A stretch of 64,000 bases of DNA from an uncultured Gammaproteobacteria bacterium (GTDB lineage: Bacteria > Pseudomonadota > Gammaproteobacteria > JABCZS01). Position numbers and translations under genes: made by a program. The notes under the pieces are model-generated. The model was not told the DNA's origin. It searched no databases and was given only the letters and a program-made list of their open reading frames with translations. This document shows positions 27,987 to 39,604 of the stretch, piece by piece; the stretch's first letter is position 1, and each line of letters starts with the position of its first letter. The stretch is from positions 768,001 through 832,000 of the forward strand of contig CAWKDC010000001.1 in NCBI GenBank assembly GCA_963848305.1, in the 5' to 3' direction.

Positions 27987-29157
27987 TAGCGATATCATTA
28001 TTGTCGGCGCAGGCGCTGCAGGCCTGATGTGCGCGATCGAAGCCGGCAAACGTGGGCGGCGCGTCCTTGTCTTGGATCACGCCAATAAAGTGGGCAAAAA
28101 AATATTGATGTCCGGTGGCGGCCGATGCAATTTCACGAACCTTCACATTGCGCCTGATCGTTATATTTCACACAATCCCCATTTTTGCAAATCTGCGCTC
28201 AGCCGTTATACGCAATGGGATTTCATTGCGCTTGTCAAGAAATATAACATCCCTTTTCACGAAAAAACATTGGGACAATTATTTTGCGATATCAGCGCAA
28301 AAGACATTGTCCATATGTTGTTGGAAGAAGCCAAAAAAGCGGGCGTCACCATTCAATTGAATACTGCGATCACATCTGTGACGAAAAATGAACATGCCTT
28401 CGAAATCACTACCTCATCAGGTATTCATACCTGTGAATCTCTCGTGATCGCCACAGGCGGTTTGTCCATTCCCACCATGGGCGCAACCCCTTTTGGGTAT
28501 CAGATTGCAGAACAATTCGGCATTCCCGTGTGGCCAACGCGCGCTGGATTGGTGCCACTCACGCTTCACACGGACGATAAAAACAAACTGTCCGCATTGT
28601 CTGGCATGTCAACTTATTGCCGTGTGTCGACCGATCAGATCGCTTTTGAAGAAAATATATTGATCACACACCGAGGACTGAGTGGCCCCGCGATTTTGCA
28701 ACTCTCGTCTTATTGGGAACCGGGCGAGAATATTCATATCCAATGTTTGCCAAACCTCGACTGGCTGGCATTATTAAAATCGGCTCGAACGACTTATCCA
28801 AAGCGCCATTTGATCAGTGTTTTAAGCGACCATTTACCGAGACGCATGATTGAAGTGTTGGTTGCTCATAAAACACTGAACACCAACATGGCTGATTTTT
28901 CAGATGACAATTTAACACACATCGCAAATCACTTTGCCAATTGGACCATCAAACCCAATGGCACAGAAGGCTACCGAACGGCAGAGGTAACATTGGGCGG
29001 CGTGGATTGCGATACCATTTCTTCAAAAACCATGGAATCATTGTCTGTCCCAGGTTTATTTTTTATCGGCGAAGTCCTAGACGTGACCGGCTGGTTGGGC
29101 GGTTATAATTTCCAATGGGCTTGGTCGTCTGGCTGGGCTGCGGGTCAGGTGGTGTGA
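27970..29157 (+). CDS. HI0933/YhiN (BaiN/RdsA)-family flavoprotein oxidoreductase
   Basis: GAGAAG, KILMSGGGRCNFTN, ATGGLS, GGYNFQWAWSSG. Confidence 0.92.
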   Translation: MLKAISSDIIIVGAGAAGLMCAIEAGKRGRRVLVLDHANKVGKKILMSGGGRCNFTNLHIAPDRYISHNPHFCKSALSRYTQWDFIALVKKYNIPFHEKTLGQLFCDISAKDIVHMLLEEAKKAGVTIQLNTAITSVTKNEHAFEITTSSGIHTCESLVIATGGLSIPTMGATPFGYQIAEQFGIPVWPTRAGLVPLTLHTDDKNKLSALSGMSTYCRVSTDQIAFEENILITHRGLSGPAILQLSSYWEPGENIHIQCLPNLDWLALLKSARTTYPKRHLISVLSDHLPRRMIEVLVAHKTLNTNMADFSDDNLTHIANHFANWTIKPNGTEGYRTAEVTLGGVDCDTISSKTMESLSVPGLFFIGEVLDVTGWLGGYNFQWAWSSGWAAGQVV

Positions 29158-29217
29158 AATGTGCACAGCCAGACAATTCCTAAGGCCAAAGGCCCGTGGC
29201 TCTTACTGAAGGTGCAT

Positions 29218-30396
29218 CTACATCGCCCCCATCGTCTTCACAACAGTCGATGGTTTGATGGTTCCCCAATGATGGCAGCTCGGGCAATGCCAATACATTT
29301 TGCTGACAGCGTAGCCGCAGTGCTCACACACATAGGGTGTTTCTTTGGTGAGTAGCGGTTCCATGACGCGCATCAATAATTGCAAATCTTCGCGATTCGG
29401 TAATTCATGTTGGCGCAAACGAATCGACAAAACGACTTGCAATGCGCGCATGGAAGGACGGGCTTGCAATTGTGCCATGATCTCATCAAAACTCAATACG
29501 TTTTCAAGCAGATGATAATATTGCGGTGGCAAGGCGCGCAACAATGCAATGCCTTGATTGTCCTTGAAGCAAACTTTGATAAATGTTTTGAATGCCTCCG
29601 TGTCATGTGTGGCTTCAAAACATTCAGCCAATGGCGCAACAATTTCACTCACATATTCTGGCATTTTGTGGCTGATTTTCATGAAGCAGCGGATCGCTTG
29701 TTGATATTCTTTTTGCGCCATCATTTGTTGACCTTGCAATATTTGTGCGCGCACACAATGCGCATCAATTGAAGAAGCATGTTTGATGTAACGTTGACAA
29801 ATATCTGCCTGATTATTTTTGAGTGCTTGTTCAGCTAATTCGCAATAATAATGCGCGATCGTGAAAGCCATGGGTGTGCTGCAAAATAATTGATATTTGT
29901 GCGCGATATCGATCGCCTTTTCGTAATCGCCTTCTTTTTCGTAAATTTGCAATAAATGTCGCAAACTTTCAGGCACATAATAATTGAGTTTCACTAATTC
30001 TAAAAATAAAGATTCAGCCCTGTCCAGCACCCCCGCGCGCATATAATCTGTGCCGAGTTCAAATAAAGATTGCATGCGGTGACGCTGTGTTAAATTCGGC
30101 CGTGCAATTAAATTTTGATGAATGCGAATCGCCTTATCTACTTCACCGCGACGGCGAAATAAACTGCCCAAAGCCAAATGCGTTTCCACCGTTTCACTAT
30201 CGACTTGCAACATTTTGATGAAGAGATCAACGGCTTTATCGGGCTGTTCATTGAGTAAAAAATTCAAACCGGTGAGATAATCGTGTGTGAGTTTCTGGGA
30301 TTGCTGTGCATCAGGATCGCGCCCTGCCCGTCCAATCCACCATCCTGAAAATGCGGCTAAAGGCAACAGCCAGAATAACATCCATTCCACAGTCAA
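29218..30396 (-). CDS. lapB: Lipopolysaccharide assembly protein B
   Basis: YLTGLNFLLNEQPDKA, LFRRRGEVDKAIRIHQ, TPR repeats, C-terminal CxxC...CPSC rubredoxin domain. Confidence 0.95.
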   Translation of the reverse strand: MTVEWMLFWLLPLAAFSGWWIGRAGRDPDAQQSQKLTHDYLTGLNFLLNEQPDKAVDLFIKMLQVDSETVETHLALGSLFRRRGEVDKAIRIHQNLIARPNLTQRHRMQSLFELGTDYMRAGVLDRAESLFLELVKLNYYVPESLRHLLQIYEKEGDYEKAIDIAHKYQLFCSTPMAFTIAHYYCELAEQALKNNQADICQRYIKHASSIDAHCVRAQILQGQQMMAQKEYQQAIRCFMKISHKMPEYVSEIVAPLAECFEATHDTEAFKTFIKVCFKDNQGIALLRALPPQYYHLLENVLSFDEIMAQLQARPSMRALQVVLSIRLRQHELPNREDLQLLMRVMEPLLTKETPYVCEHCGYAVSKMYWHCPSCHHWGTIKPSTVVKTMGAM

Positions 30397-30680
30397 TCAT
30401 CCTTCACGGGCATGGCCCGCAGATTGTCGATTTCCTTTTGCAAAATATTCGCTTTTTTCTTAGCACGATGTACGCTGGCGCGTGAACCAATCACTGATTT
30501 TAACATCCCCAGTATGCCTATTAAGAAACCACACATCAAGGATGCCAGCAATAATAAAGATAAGGGCAATGAGCGTCTACCCAGAAAATAATTGATCTCG
30601 ACAGCATGCGCGTTCAACAAGGCGAACACCACGAAGATCGAGGCAAGGAGAATGATGATGGTGATGTAGACTACGCGCAT
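30393..30680 (-). CDS. lapA: Lipopolysaccharide assembly protein A
   Basis: Two TM helices and a basic tail; lies between ihfB and lapB. Confidence 0.85.
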   Translation of the reverse strand: MRVVYITIIILLASIFVVFALLNAHAVEINYFLGRRSLPLSLLLLASLMCGFLIGILGMLKSVIGSRASVHRAKKKANILQKEIDNLRAMPVKDD

Positions 30681-30738
30681 GTCTTGAAATTCCCGTGCCC
30701 CCATTTGCCAAGGGGGCGGTTATCATAAATAAATCAGT

Positions 30739-31062
30739 TTATTCATCCTGGCTGGATTCTTCTTGGATAGCCACTTTACCACGTGATTCATTGACGCGAT
30801 CACGTAATTCCTTCCCGGGCTTGAAGTGGGGCACGTATTTGCCTGTCAAGGAGACCGATCCACCCGTTTTGGGGTTTCTGGCCATGCGTGGCCCGCGGTA
30901 ATGGAGTGAAAAGCTTCCAAAACCCCTGACCTCGATGCGCTTACCAGAGGACAATGCCTCTGATTGAAAATCCAATATGGCTTTGACGGCCAATTCAACG
31001 TCCTTATAAGACAGCTGTGGCTGCTTGGCTGCGATTTTTTGTATCAGTTCTGACTTTGTCAT
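30739..31062 (-). CDS. ihfB: Integration host factor subunit beta
   Basis: MTKSELI...[15 protein letters not shown]...RNPKTG...[14 protein letters not shown]. Confidence 0.96.
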   Translation of the reverse strand: MTKSELIQKIAAKQPQLSYKDVELAVKAILDFQSEALSSGKRIEVRGFGSFSLHYRGPRMARNPKTGGSVSLTGKYVPHFKPGKELRDRVNESRGKVAIQEESSQDE

Positions 31063-31137
31063 TTGGCTTCCTTCCTATCATGCCTGCCAGGGTAACATGT
31101 GATAGTTTAGCGTACAATCATTGCTTTGGCCAGCAAT

Positions 31138-31614
31138 CTATTTAAGAAGCACCTTCATCAGGTTGTATTTAGCCTCCTCGATATATTGAAGACGGCGAAA
31201 ATCTTCTGGTTTATGCTGTATGAGCTCAGAGACCAATCTTCTATGTCTATCCGCTTGGCTTGCTTGCCCAGTAAGCAAACGGGCTGTATATCCAAGATAA
31301 TTTTTTCTGTATAGCTTTCTGCCCTCTTCGTATGCAACCTCATCCAGCACAGACGATAGGATGCATTTTTTAGCCGTCGATGAACCTGATGCTAAAGCAC
31401 GCTCAGCGTTCTGACGCCTCGCCTGGCTAATGAACTGTCTCAGAAGGGCTTGCTCTGGATCAGCGTCGATCAAACGGTTCAGATAGTCCCTTTGCCTATC
31501 CTCGGCTGTTTCGGCGGGTGTGCCTAACCGTTTTATGAAAGCTTCATAATCTTCACGGTACTTGGTTTCACCTAACGCTTTGGCCATGTTTTCATGGAAT
31601 TTAACGTGTTTCAT
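31138..31614 (-). CDS. Hypothetical protein
   Basis: 158-aa ORF with GGAG RBS; no recognised motif. Confidence 0.55.
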   Translation of the reverse strand: MKHVKFHENMAKALGETKYREDYEAFIKRLGTPAETAEDRQRDYLNRLIDADPEQALLRQFISQARRQNAERALASGSSTAKKCILSSVLDEVAYEEGRKLYRKNYLGYTARLLTGQASQADRHRRLVSELIQHKPEDFRRLQYIEEAKYNLMKVLLK

Positions 31615-31787
31615 TCAAGCAGCTCCATAAACCTTATAAATAAGTTCGCAAAGTACCACAAATCAATGTGTTAATAAAGCTTTTTTTGATATCCAATTAA
31701 ATCAATGGGTTACAAAATTGACAAATCTAGTTATTGAACTAAAATTAAATTGTGATGAGAACGTTATTTAACCAATAGGAGGTTAAT

Positions 31788-32003
31788 ATGTGCACATTAC
31801 GCGAAGCGATCATATTCGTCGCAGGCGCAGAATTTTTTCATACCTTAAGCCATGTGTTCATTAATTTTTATGTCACATTGCCTATCATGACAAAATTCTT
31901 CGAGCTAACGACCAGCATGAACCACATGGCCATCCTTGTGAATGGGGTGATCACGGTACTGCTGATTATCTGGGCAATGAAGCTGCCTAAAAAAATGGGA
32001 TAA
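31788..32003 (+). CDS. Small 2-TM membrane protein
   Basis: AGGAGG RBS; hydrophobic; terminator follows. Confidence 0.65.
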   Translation: MCTLREAIIFVAGAEFFHTLSHVFINFYVTLPIMTKFFELTTSMNHMAILVNGVITVLLIIWAMKLPKKMG

Positions 32004-32018
32004 TTGATCGTGATAAAC

Positions 32019-32047
32019 AAAAGGCGGGTTTTATCCCGCCTTTTTTT
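32019..32047. terminator. Rho-independent terminator, probably bidirectional
   Basis: AAAA-GGCGGG-TTTTAT-CCCGCC-TTTTTTT between convergent genes. Confidence 0.8.
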
Positions 32048-32053
32048 AAAGAA

Positions 32054-32075
32054 GGGCGGGAGTACCCGCCCCTAC
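32054..32075 (-). repeat. GTAG-type REP-like hairpin
   Basis: Minus strand GTAGGGGCGGGTACTCCCGCCC, just after the rpsA stop. Confidence 0.55.
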
Positions 32076-32084
32076 TACGTACGA

Positions 32085-33770
32085 CTACTCGTCTTTCTTG
32101 CTCATCTTTTCTTTGAGCAAATCACCTAATGTCGAAGTGATAGAGACTTCAGCATTGCTGCGTTGCAGTTTTTGCATCGCATGCGCTTCTTCATCGTTAT
32201 CTTTCGCCTTGATCGACAAGGTGGCTTGACGGTTCTTGCGATCGTAGCCGGTCAGTTTGGCTTCAACCGCATCGCCGACTTTGAACAATGAGCGTGCATC
32301 TTCGACACGTTCACGGGCCATTTCGGATGCGCGCAAGTAACCTTGAACGCCTTCACCCAAATCAACCAATGCGCCTTTCGCATCCACTTCAAGCACGGTA
32401 CCGTTCACGATACTGCCTTTTTCATGGCTGCTGACGAAATTGGAGTAAGGATCATCGGCCAGTTGCTTGATGCCGAGCGAAATGCGTTCGCGTTCTGCAT
32501 CGACTGCCAGAATAACCGCTTCGATTTCATCGCCTTTCTTGAAGCGACGAATGGCTTCTTCGCCAGATTCATTCCAAGAAATATCTGACAAGTGAACCAA
32601 CCCATCAATACCGCCATCCAATCCGATGAAAATACCGAAATCAGTGATGGACTTGATTTTACCGACAACACGTTCATTTTTGTTGTGCTTGGTCGCAAAC
32701 AATTCCCATGGATTCATGGCGCATTGTTTGATACCCAGTGAAATGCGACGACGTTCTTCGTCGATATCCAACACAACCACTTCAATTTCTTGATCGAGCT
32801 GAACAACCTTGCTCGGGTGAATGTTCTTGTTGGTCCAGTCCATTTCGGACACGTGTACCAACCCTTCCACACCCTTGTCGATCGCGACAAAGCAACCATA
32901 ATCAGTGATGTTGGTGACTTTACCCGTCAAGCGTGTGCCGACAGGATAAGTTCTGACCACTTCTTTCCAAGGATCACTGCCCATTTGCTTCAAGCCGAGT
33001 GAAACGCGTGAACGATCACGATCAAACTTCAACACTTTCACTTCTAATTCATCGCCCACATTGACGACTTCGCTCGGGTGCTTGACGCGTTCCCAAGACA
33101 TGTCAGTGATGTGCAACAGACCATCTACACCGCCGAGATCCACGAATGCGCCGTAATCGGTCAGGTTTTTCACCACACCCTTCACCACTTGGCCTTCTTC
33201 CAATGTTGACAAGGCGCTTTGACGATCGGCATTGCTTTCATTTTCAATGACAGCGCGGCGAGATACCACAACGTTGTTACGTTTAGGATCGAGCTTGATC
33301 ACTTTGAATTCTAATTCTTTACCTTCGATATGGGATGTGTCACGAACCGGGCGTACATCAACCAATGAACCAGGCAAGAATGCACGGATGGTAGCGATAT
33401 CAACGGTGAAACCACCTTTGACTTTGCCGTTAATAATACCCTTCACAGGTGCATTGTTTTCGAAAGCACGGGCCAATTCCAGCCACGCTTCAGCGCGTTT
33501 GGCTTTTTCACGGGACAAACGTGTTTCACCGAAACCGTCTTCGAATGCATCCAGTGCAACTTCGACGGTATCGCCCACAGCGATATCAAGTTCACCATTT
33601 TCATTGTAAAACTGTTCAACAGGTACGACACCTTCGGACTTCAAACCCACGTCGATGATCACGACATCGCGGGTGATTTTCAGTACGGTACCACGGAGAA
33701 TAACGCCGGGTAACATAGGCATGGAGGAGAGTTGTTGCTCGAATAGAGCGCTAAAAGATTCAGCTATCAT
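32085..33770 (-). CDS. rpsA: 30S ribosomal protein S1
   Basis: Six S1 domains ([20 protein letters not shown] etc.). Confidence 0.98.
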   Translation of the reverse strand: MIAESFSALFEQQLSSMPMLPGVILRGTVLKITRDVVIIDVGLKSEGVVPVEQFYNENGELDIAVGDTVEVALDAFEDGFGETRLSREKAKRAEAWLELARAFENNAPVKGIINGKVKGGFTVDIATIRAFLPGSLVDVRPVRDTSHIEGKELEFKVIKLDPKRNNVVVSRRAVIENESNADRQSALSTLEEGQVVKGVVKNLTDYGAFVDLGGVDGLLHITDMSWERVKHPSEVVNVGDELEVKVLKFDRDRSRVSLGLKQMGSDPWKEVVRTYPVGTRLTGKVTNITDYGCFVAIDKGVEGLVHVSEMDWTNKNIHPSKVVQLDQEIEVVVLDIDEERRRISLGIKQCAMNPWELFATKHNKNERVVGKIKSITDFGIFIGLDGGIDGLVHLSDISWNESGEEAIRRFKKGDEIEAVILAVDAERERISLGIKQLADDPYSNFVSSHEKGSIVNGTVLEVDAKGALVDLGEGVQGYLRASEMARERVEDARSLFKVGDAVEAKLTGYDRKNRQATLSIKAKDNDEEAHAMQKLQRSNAEVSITSTLGDLLKEKMSKKDE

Positions 33771-33861
33771 CAAGTAGATTTCCCTTGCATCAATCCATAA
33801 AAGATTGCTGCAGTTAAGTTAACATTTGTTGCGGGTGGATATTCACCCCCTGCAACCCCAT

Positions 33862-34502
33862 TTACGCTGTCAATAATCCCCTTGCCTTCACGGCCTCAAG
33901 CACTGTTTCAAACACCTCTTGGATGTTCCGGCCGGTGGTGTCAATGATGACCCCATCTGCCGCAGGCCTCAATGGCGCGATGGCTCGGTTCTGGTCACGC
34001 TGGTCACGTTCCTCTATCTCGAGCAGTAAGCCCGCTAGGGTAACATTAAGTCCGCGATTGCGCAACTCCTGAAAACGACGGGCCGCCCGCTCAGGGGCAC
34101 TGGCGGTCAGAAAGAGCTTGAGATCGGCTTTCGGGAAGACAACCGTCCCCATATCGCGCCCATCAGCGATCAGACCCGGAGCCATGGCTGCGGCCCGCTG
34201 GCGTGCCAGTAAGGCTTCTCGAACCGCAGGCATGGCAGCCACTCGGGAGGCCATGTTGCCTACCACCTCGCTGCGCAACGCTTCATCTTCTGAAGGCAGA
34301 TCCAATTGTAAGGCAGCTTTCACCAAAGCTGGTTCATTCTCTTCATCCAGTTTGCCTTGAACGACTTTCAATGCCAATAATCGGTACAATGCGCCGCTAT
34401 CTAGAAAATGGAAACCCAGCCGCTTCGCCAAAGAGCGCCCTATCGTGCCCTTACCGGCGCCCCCAGGCCATCGATGGTGATCACAGGGATACCCGTTGTC
34501 AT
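33862..34502 (-). CDS. cmk: Cytidylate kinase, with a -1 frameshift at 34466-34467 (probably a sequencing error)
   Basis: MTTGIPVITIDG from ATG 34502 needs one more C to read into PGGAGKGT; LDSGALYR and DGRDMGTVVFP present. Confidence 0.92.
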
Positions 34503-34960
34503 GATGAATACTCCTTAAAACGCGCCAAAATGGCTTTTGCGGCGGGCAACCCAGCTCGCTCCTGCCCAATGATAGACAGCTTCGCTGACTGATAAGAGGC
34601 CTCCACACCCGCTTGCTTGAGGCAAGCCAACAGTGTATCCAATGGGAACCCTTCTAGACCACACACGACGGTCGTGCCACTGGCGCATACGGCCAACATG
34701 GCCAAAGCAGGCAAATCATGGATAAGGGTGTTGGTGTGTTCAGCACGCACTTCCACCGCCAGTAATTTTTTAGCCTGCTGAATATGCAGGTGAGAAACGG
34801 GCTCATCCCCTTCCCAACGCTGATCCAGGATATGAATGCGCGCGCCCATCAAAATGGCATAACGTAACCAACCTGAACGTGCAGGATTCATGTTCACCGC
34901 AGGGATGTGAAGATCAGCATAAGGCGCTATCGTTGCGGCAGCAATGTCCAGGGAAACCAT
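34499..34960 (-). CDS. Vestigial EPSP-synthase (AroA) C-terminal fragment
   Basis: NPARSG..LMGA.I...EPV pattern of AroA at the aroA position before cmk; the IDE and RVKESDR motifs are lost; only 153 aa. Confidence 0.6.
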   Translation of the reverse strand: MVSLDIAAATIAPYADLHIPAVNMNPARSGWLRYAILMGARIHILDQRWEGDEPVSHLHIQQAKKLLAVEVRAEHTNTLIHDLPALAMLAVCASGTTVVCGLEGFPLDTLLACLKQAGVEASYQSAKLSIIGQERAGLPAAKAILARFKEYSS

Positions 34961-34965
34961 ATGTG

Positions 34966-37545
34966 TTACTCTGCTTCAACCGAATCATCTGGCACGACAT
35001 CCGCACCGACATCTTCAATCCGCTGTACGGCCGCCAATAATTCCCCATCCATCAGGTTGATGAGACGCACACCTTGCGTGTTTCGACCAATCACGGAGAC
35101 TTCAGTGATACGCGTGCGCACCAACGTCCCCTTATTACTGATCAACATCACTTCATCTTGAGGTGTGACCAACACGGCTGATACCAACGCGCCATTTCGT
35201 CCACCTGTTTGAATGGCAATCACCCCTTGACCGCCACGCCCTTGCACAGGGAAATCTTCGAGTAGCGTACGTTTCCCGTAACCGTTTTCTGTCGCAGTTA
35301 ACACAGCGCCGCCGTCTTGCGGCACAATCATGCTGATCACGCGCACCGTTTCAGGCATTTTAATACCGCGCACACCGCGGGCTGCACGGCCCATTTCACG
35401 CACATCATCTTCATTGAAGCGAATGGATTTGCCTTCAGAGGTGAACAACATGATATCGTTTTGACCGCTGGTGATTGCAGCAGCCACCAAATGATCGTCA
35501 TCCAATAAATCGCAAGCGATCAAGCCACTCGGCCTTGGGCGAGAAAATTCTGACAAGGAGGTTTTTTTGATCACCCCTTGTGTTGTGGCCATCACGACAA
35601 AATGGCTGTGATCAAATGTTTTGATCGGCAGAATGGTATTGATGCGTTCTGCAGGATCCAGCGGTAAAATATTCACAATCGGCTTACCGCGCGACAAACG
35701 TGAGGCTTGCGGCAATTGGTATACTTTCAACCAATACACACGACCCAGACTTGAGAAGCATAACAACGTGTCGTGCGTGTTGCAGACAATCAATCGCTCA
35801 ATAATGTCTTCTGATTTGACATCCGCCGCTGCTTTGCCTCGTCCGCCACGACGTTGCGCTGCATAAGACGTCAGTGGTTGGTATTTCACATATCCTTCTC
35901 GTGATAACGTGACCACCACATCTTCAGGGGTGATCAAATCTTCTGTATTCAAGTCTTGTTGATTAGAAATGATTTCTGTGCGACGCTCATCGCTGAAATC
36001 TTTTTTCACTTCAACCAATTCTTCGCGGATCACTTCCATCAAGCGAGAATCACTTTCTAAAATATGGCATAAATATTCGATCGTTTTAATCAGCTCATGG
36101 TATTCATCCGTGATTTTATCTTGTTCAAGGCCGGTTAAACGATGCAATCTTAAATCTAAAATGGCTTGTGCTTGCGCCTCTGTGAGGCGATATTGCCCCT
36201 CATGCGCACCAAATTCTACGGGCAAGTCGTCGGGGCGTGTTTTATCAAGGCCCACTTTTTGCAAATACGCGATGACGTCGCCGCCCGCCCATAACGTCGA
36301 CAACAAACCTTCTTTGGCCTCTTTGGGACTCGGGGCTGCTTTGATCAACGCGATCACCGCATCAATGTTCGTTAATGCAACCGCCAAACCTTCCAAAATA
36401 TGGGCACGATCTTTTGCTTTGGCCAAATCAAATAATGTGCGACGTGTGACGACTTCGCGACGATGACGAATGAATGCATTGATCAACGATTTTAAATTCA
36501 TGAGTTTTGGCTGACCGTCTTCGAGCGCCACCATGTTAATCCCGAACACCACTTGCATTTGTGTTTGCGTGAACAAATTATTGAGAATGACTTCCGCATT
36601 TTCGTTACGCTTGACTTCGATCACAATGCGCATACCGTCCTTATCGGATTCATCGCGTAACCCGGTGATACCGGTTAATTTTTCTTCACGAACGAGTTCT
36701 GCGATTTTTTCAATGAGGCGGGCTTTATTGACTTGATAAGGTAATTCGGTGACGATAATTGCTTGACGATTTGAATCCTCATGATCTTCCACCGTTGCGC
36801 GTGCGCGCACATAGATACGGCCACGTCCAGTTCGGTATGCTTCAACAATGCCGCCACGGCCATTGATAATACCCGCTGTTGGAAAATCGGGCCCTGGAAT
36901 AATATTCATTAATGCTTCAAAAGAAATGGATTCGTCGTCGATAAACGCAATACACGCATCCAACACTTCACGCAAATTATGTGGCGGGATGTTGGTCGCC
37001 ATGCCCACGGCAATACCGGATGAACCATTCACCAATAAATTGGGTAATCGCGCAGGCAAAACGGAAGGAATGGTTTCAGATTCATCGTAGTTGGGAACGA
37101 ATGACACAGTGTCTTTGTCGAGATCCGCCAATAATAATTGAGCCAATTTCGTCATGCGCACTTCGGTGTAACGCATCGCAGCCGCCGCATCGCCATCCAC
37201 GGAACCAAAGTTACCTTGCCCATCGACCAATAAATAACGGAGTGAAAAAGGTTGAGCCATGCGAACGATGGTATCGTACACAGCGGATTCACCATGGGGA
37301 TGGTATTTACCGATCACGTCACCGACCACGCGAGCAGATTTTTTATAGGGTTTGTTCCACTCGTTGCCCAGCTGCTGCATGGCATACAGGGTACGTCGAT
37401 GAACAGGCTTCAAACCATCTCGCACGTCGGGCAAAGCGCGGCCGACAATCACACTCATCGCGTAATCAAGATAACACTGCTTTAACTCATCCTCAATGTT
37501 GACCAGGTGAATTTCTTCCATGTTGACCTTTTCGCTCGTACTCAT
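34966..37545 (-). CDS. gyrA: DNA gyrase subunit A
   Basis: [34 protein letters not shown], GyrA-box QRRGGRG. Confidence 0.98.
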   Translation of the reverse strand: MSTSEKVNMEEIHLVNIEDELKQCYLDYAMSVIVGRALPDVRDGLKPVHRRTLYAMQQLGNEWNKPYKKSARVVGDVIGKYHPHGESAVYDTIVRMAQPFSLRYLLVDGQGNFGSVDGDAAAAMRYTEVRMTKLAQLLLADLDKDTVSFVPNYDESETIPSVLPARLPNLLVNGSSGIAVGMATNIPPHNLREVLDACIAFIDDESISFEALMNIIPGPDFPTAGIINGRGGIVEAYRTGRGRIYVRARATVEDHEDSNRQAIIVTELPYQVNKARLIEKIAELVREEKLTGITGLRDESDKDGMRIVIEVKRNENAEVILNNLFTQTQMQVVFGINMVALEDGQPKLMNLKSLINAFIRHRREVVTRRTLFDLAKAKDRAHILEGLAVALTNIDAVIALIKAAPSPKEAKEGLLSTLWAGGDVIAYLQKVGLDKTRPDDLPVEFGAHEGQYRLTEAQAQAILDLRLHRLTGLEQDKITDEYHELIKTIEYLCHILESDSRLMEVIREELVEVKKDFSDERRTEIISNQQDLNTEDLITPEDVVVTLSREGYVKYQPLTSYAAQRRGGRGKAAADVKSEDIIERLIVCNTHDTLLCFSSLGRVYWLKVYQLPQASRLSRGKPIVNILPLDPAERINTILPIKTFDHSHFVVMATTQGVIKKTSLSEFSRPRPSGLIACDLLDDDHLVAAAITSGQNDIMLFTSEGKSIRFNEDDVREMGRAARGVRGIKMPETVRVISMIVPQDGGAVLTATENGYGKRTLLEDFPVQGRGGQGVIAIQTGGRNGALVSAVLVTPQDEVMLISNKGTLVRTRITEVSVIGRNTQGVRLINLMDGELLAAVQRIEDVGADVVPDDSVEAE

Positions 37546-37611
37546 TTACCATTGCCCCAGTGAGATAAAAAACCTAAGGGATTTTAACATATTTTGGGGT
37601 ATAATGGGTTC

Positions 37612-38316
37612 ATGACAAACAGCAACCCCCTTGAACTTGAACAATTTAATCATATGGCCCAAGACTGGTGGAACCCGGCGGGTTCCTGTAAACCTTTGCA
37701 TTTGATGAATCCCCTTCGACTGGCTTATATTCAGCAACATGCCCCATTATCGGGTCGGCAAATATTGGATGTGGGTTGTGGCGGCGGCATCCTCAGCGAA
37801 GCCATGGCGAAGGCTGGGGGGCAGGTCACCGCGCTTGAGTTGGCCGATCAGGTAATTGATGTCGCCCGTCGACACGCGGCATCTTGTGGGCTGACGATTG
37901 ATTACCGCCTTGAGACTGTCGAAGCACATGCTAAGTCACACCCTGCTCGGTACGACGTGATCACCTGTCTTGAAATGCTGGAACATGTGCCTGAGCCTGC
38001 CTCTGTGATTCAAGCGGTTCGTCAATTATTAAAACCAGGTGGCAAGGCGTTCTTTTCCACGTTGAATCGCCACCCGATGGCATTCATTCAAGCCATCGTC
38101 GGGGCTGAATATGTCCTGAAGATGCTGCCAAAAGGCACCCACAGTTATCGCCACTTTATCAAACCCAGTGAATTGGACGCAGCGCTGCGCGAGGCGGGGC
38201 TTGAAATTAAGCATATTCAAGGTTTGGGGTACAATCCGCTCACCGAAGCGTTTTATTTAACGCCGCGGGTTCATGTCAATTATTTAGTTGAGTGTGGTTC
38301 CCTCGACCTCAGTTAA
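37612..38316 (+). CDS. ubiG: Ubiquinone biosynthesis O-methyltransferase
   Basis: PLHLMNPLRL, LDVGCGGGILSE, CLEMLEHVP; divergent from gyrA. Confidence 0.95.
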   Translation: MTNSNPLELEQFNHMAQDWWNPAGSCKPLHLMNPLRLAYIQQHAPLSGRQILDVGCGGGILSEAMAKAGGQVTALELADQVIDVARRHAASCGLTIDYRLETVEAHAKSHPARYDVITCLEMLEHVPEPASVIQAVRQLLKPGGKAFFSTLNRHPMAFIQAIVGAEYVLKMLPKGTHSYRHFIKPSELDAALREAGLEIKHIQGLGYNPLTEAFYLTPRVHVNYLVECGSLDLS

Positions 38317-38739
38317 GACCATGCGACGGAATTGCAACGGATTGACCACCGCACGAATCGGGGCGGGAGAACCGCCCATACCGTTCACGGTGATATCCCC
38401 ATAATCCAACACCCGACCCAACATCGACTGGCTCACGTTCAGGCTGGTCACGCGGTTCACATTCAATTCCCAGGTATCACGTTTGATAAACCCCATTTTA
38501 ACCATTACCCGCTTGTCGGTCACTGCAAACTCAGTGCAAAAATAGTTGATCGTCGCTGATATCAGCCCCAAAATCCCGAAAAAGGCTATCATCGCAGATA
38601 ATAACAGCTGATGAAGTTGGAAATACACCACCCACGCCAGGATGCCCATGAAAATGGGGGGCGCAAAAACGATCCAATGAATGTGGGCTCTTAAAATGAG
38701 CTTTTCGTGGGGTAAGAGGGTGTTGTCAACGTAATTCAT
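38284..38739 (-). CDS. Bacterial PH-domain (bPH_2) membrane protein
   Basis: TEFAVTDKRV.. and QSMLGRVLDYGDI; two TM helices. Confidence 0.8.
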   Translation of the reverse strand: MNYVDNTLLPHEKLILRAHIHWIVFAPPIFMGILAWVVYFQLHQLLLSAMIAFFGILGLISATINYFCTEFAVTDKRVMVKMGFIKRDTWELNVNRVTSLNVSQSMLGRVLDYGDITVNGMGGSPAPIRAVVNPLQFRRMVLTEVEGTTLN

Positions 38740-38854
38740 GCGATTCTCCTTTCATTGGGTAAGATGATTGTATACAATGGGCGAGCCGAAATCGAGGGCC
38801 TTTTTAACGTCTCCGCCCCCTCTTACCAAACGGGCGCCTATTTTATGGTGAATC

Positions 38855-39604
38855 ATGCTTGAACAACCCCCGACCGAAAGCGCATACATCTCATTGCGTC
38901 CACCCCGCCTGGACTATTATGCTTTTCGACATCTGCCTTTCGCTGAATTTCAAGGGATGAATATTCTGTTCACGCTCTTCGATACCTTGTGCCGCATTCC
39001 TGAGACCGTCACCGACCCGCAAGTCGCCCGGCAAAAACTTGCCTTCTTTCAAACAGACATTGCAAAGGTGGTTAGCGGCACGTGCCAGCATCCTGAAACA
39101 CAAGCACTTGCGGCACTGATCAAGAAGCACCCCATCGACCTCACACCTTTTGAAAATATCTGCACCGCTGTTGAGATTGACATTGATCGCATTCAATCCA
39201 TTGATGATAATGATTTAAACCGTTATTGCCAAAAAAAGCGCGGCGCATTGATGTTGTTGTGTGGCGAATTTCTCAACAAGGCCCCGTTAAGCAATGATGC
39301 AAAAAATGATCTCAATGATTTGGGCATTTTGATTGAACGCGTGATATTACTACAAGAAAGACATGCGCGTCACGATAAACGGTACTTGTTTCCCATCAAG
39401 GATTTTGTCTTGAATGAGTATCTCGAGAAAACACGCCTTCATCATCAATTATCACATTTACAAAAGCCCCTGCAAATCCTTGAGGCATTGTACAATGCAT
39501 TATTACAGTTGCTTGAAGAAACATTGAAAACACAACCAGATAAATACATCACGCTTAATCCAATTTATGCACTGGGGATCAGCTTATGCAAACGGCTATT
39601 TTAG
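38855..39604 (+). CDS. Divergent squalene/phytoene synthase-like (HpnD-like) protein
   Basis: DPQVARQKLAFF...HPETQAL and DLNRYC pattern; Asp-rich motifs degenerate. Confidence 0.6.
   Translation: MLEQPPTESAYISLRPPRLDYYAFRHLPFAEFQGMNILFTLFDTLCRIPETVTDPQVARQKLAFFQTDIAKVVSGTCQHPETQALAALIKKHPIDLTPFENICTAVEIDIDRIQSIDDNDLNRYCQKKRGALMLLCGEFLNKAPLSNDAKNDLNDLGILIERVILLQERHARHDKRYLFPIKDFVLNEYLEKTRLHHQLSHLQKPLQILEALYNALLQLLEETLKTQPDKYITLNPIYALGISLCKRLF

Noticed and set aside
33831-33853. GGGTGGATATTCACCCCC hairpin upstream of rpsA as a box copy
   Set aside because: Spacing and ends differ from the consensus; more likely rpsA leader structure or a REP variant.
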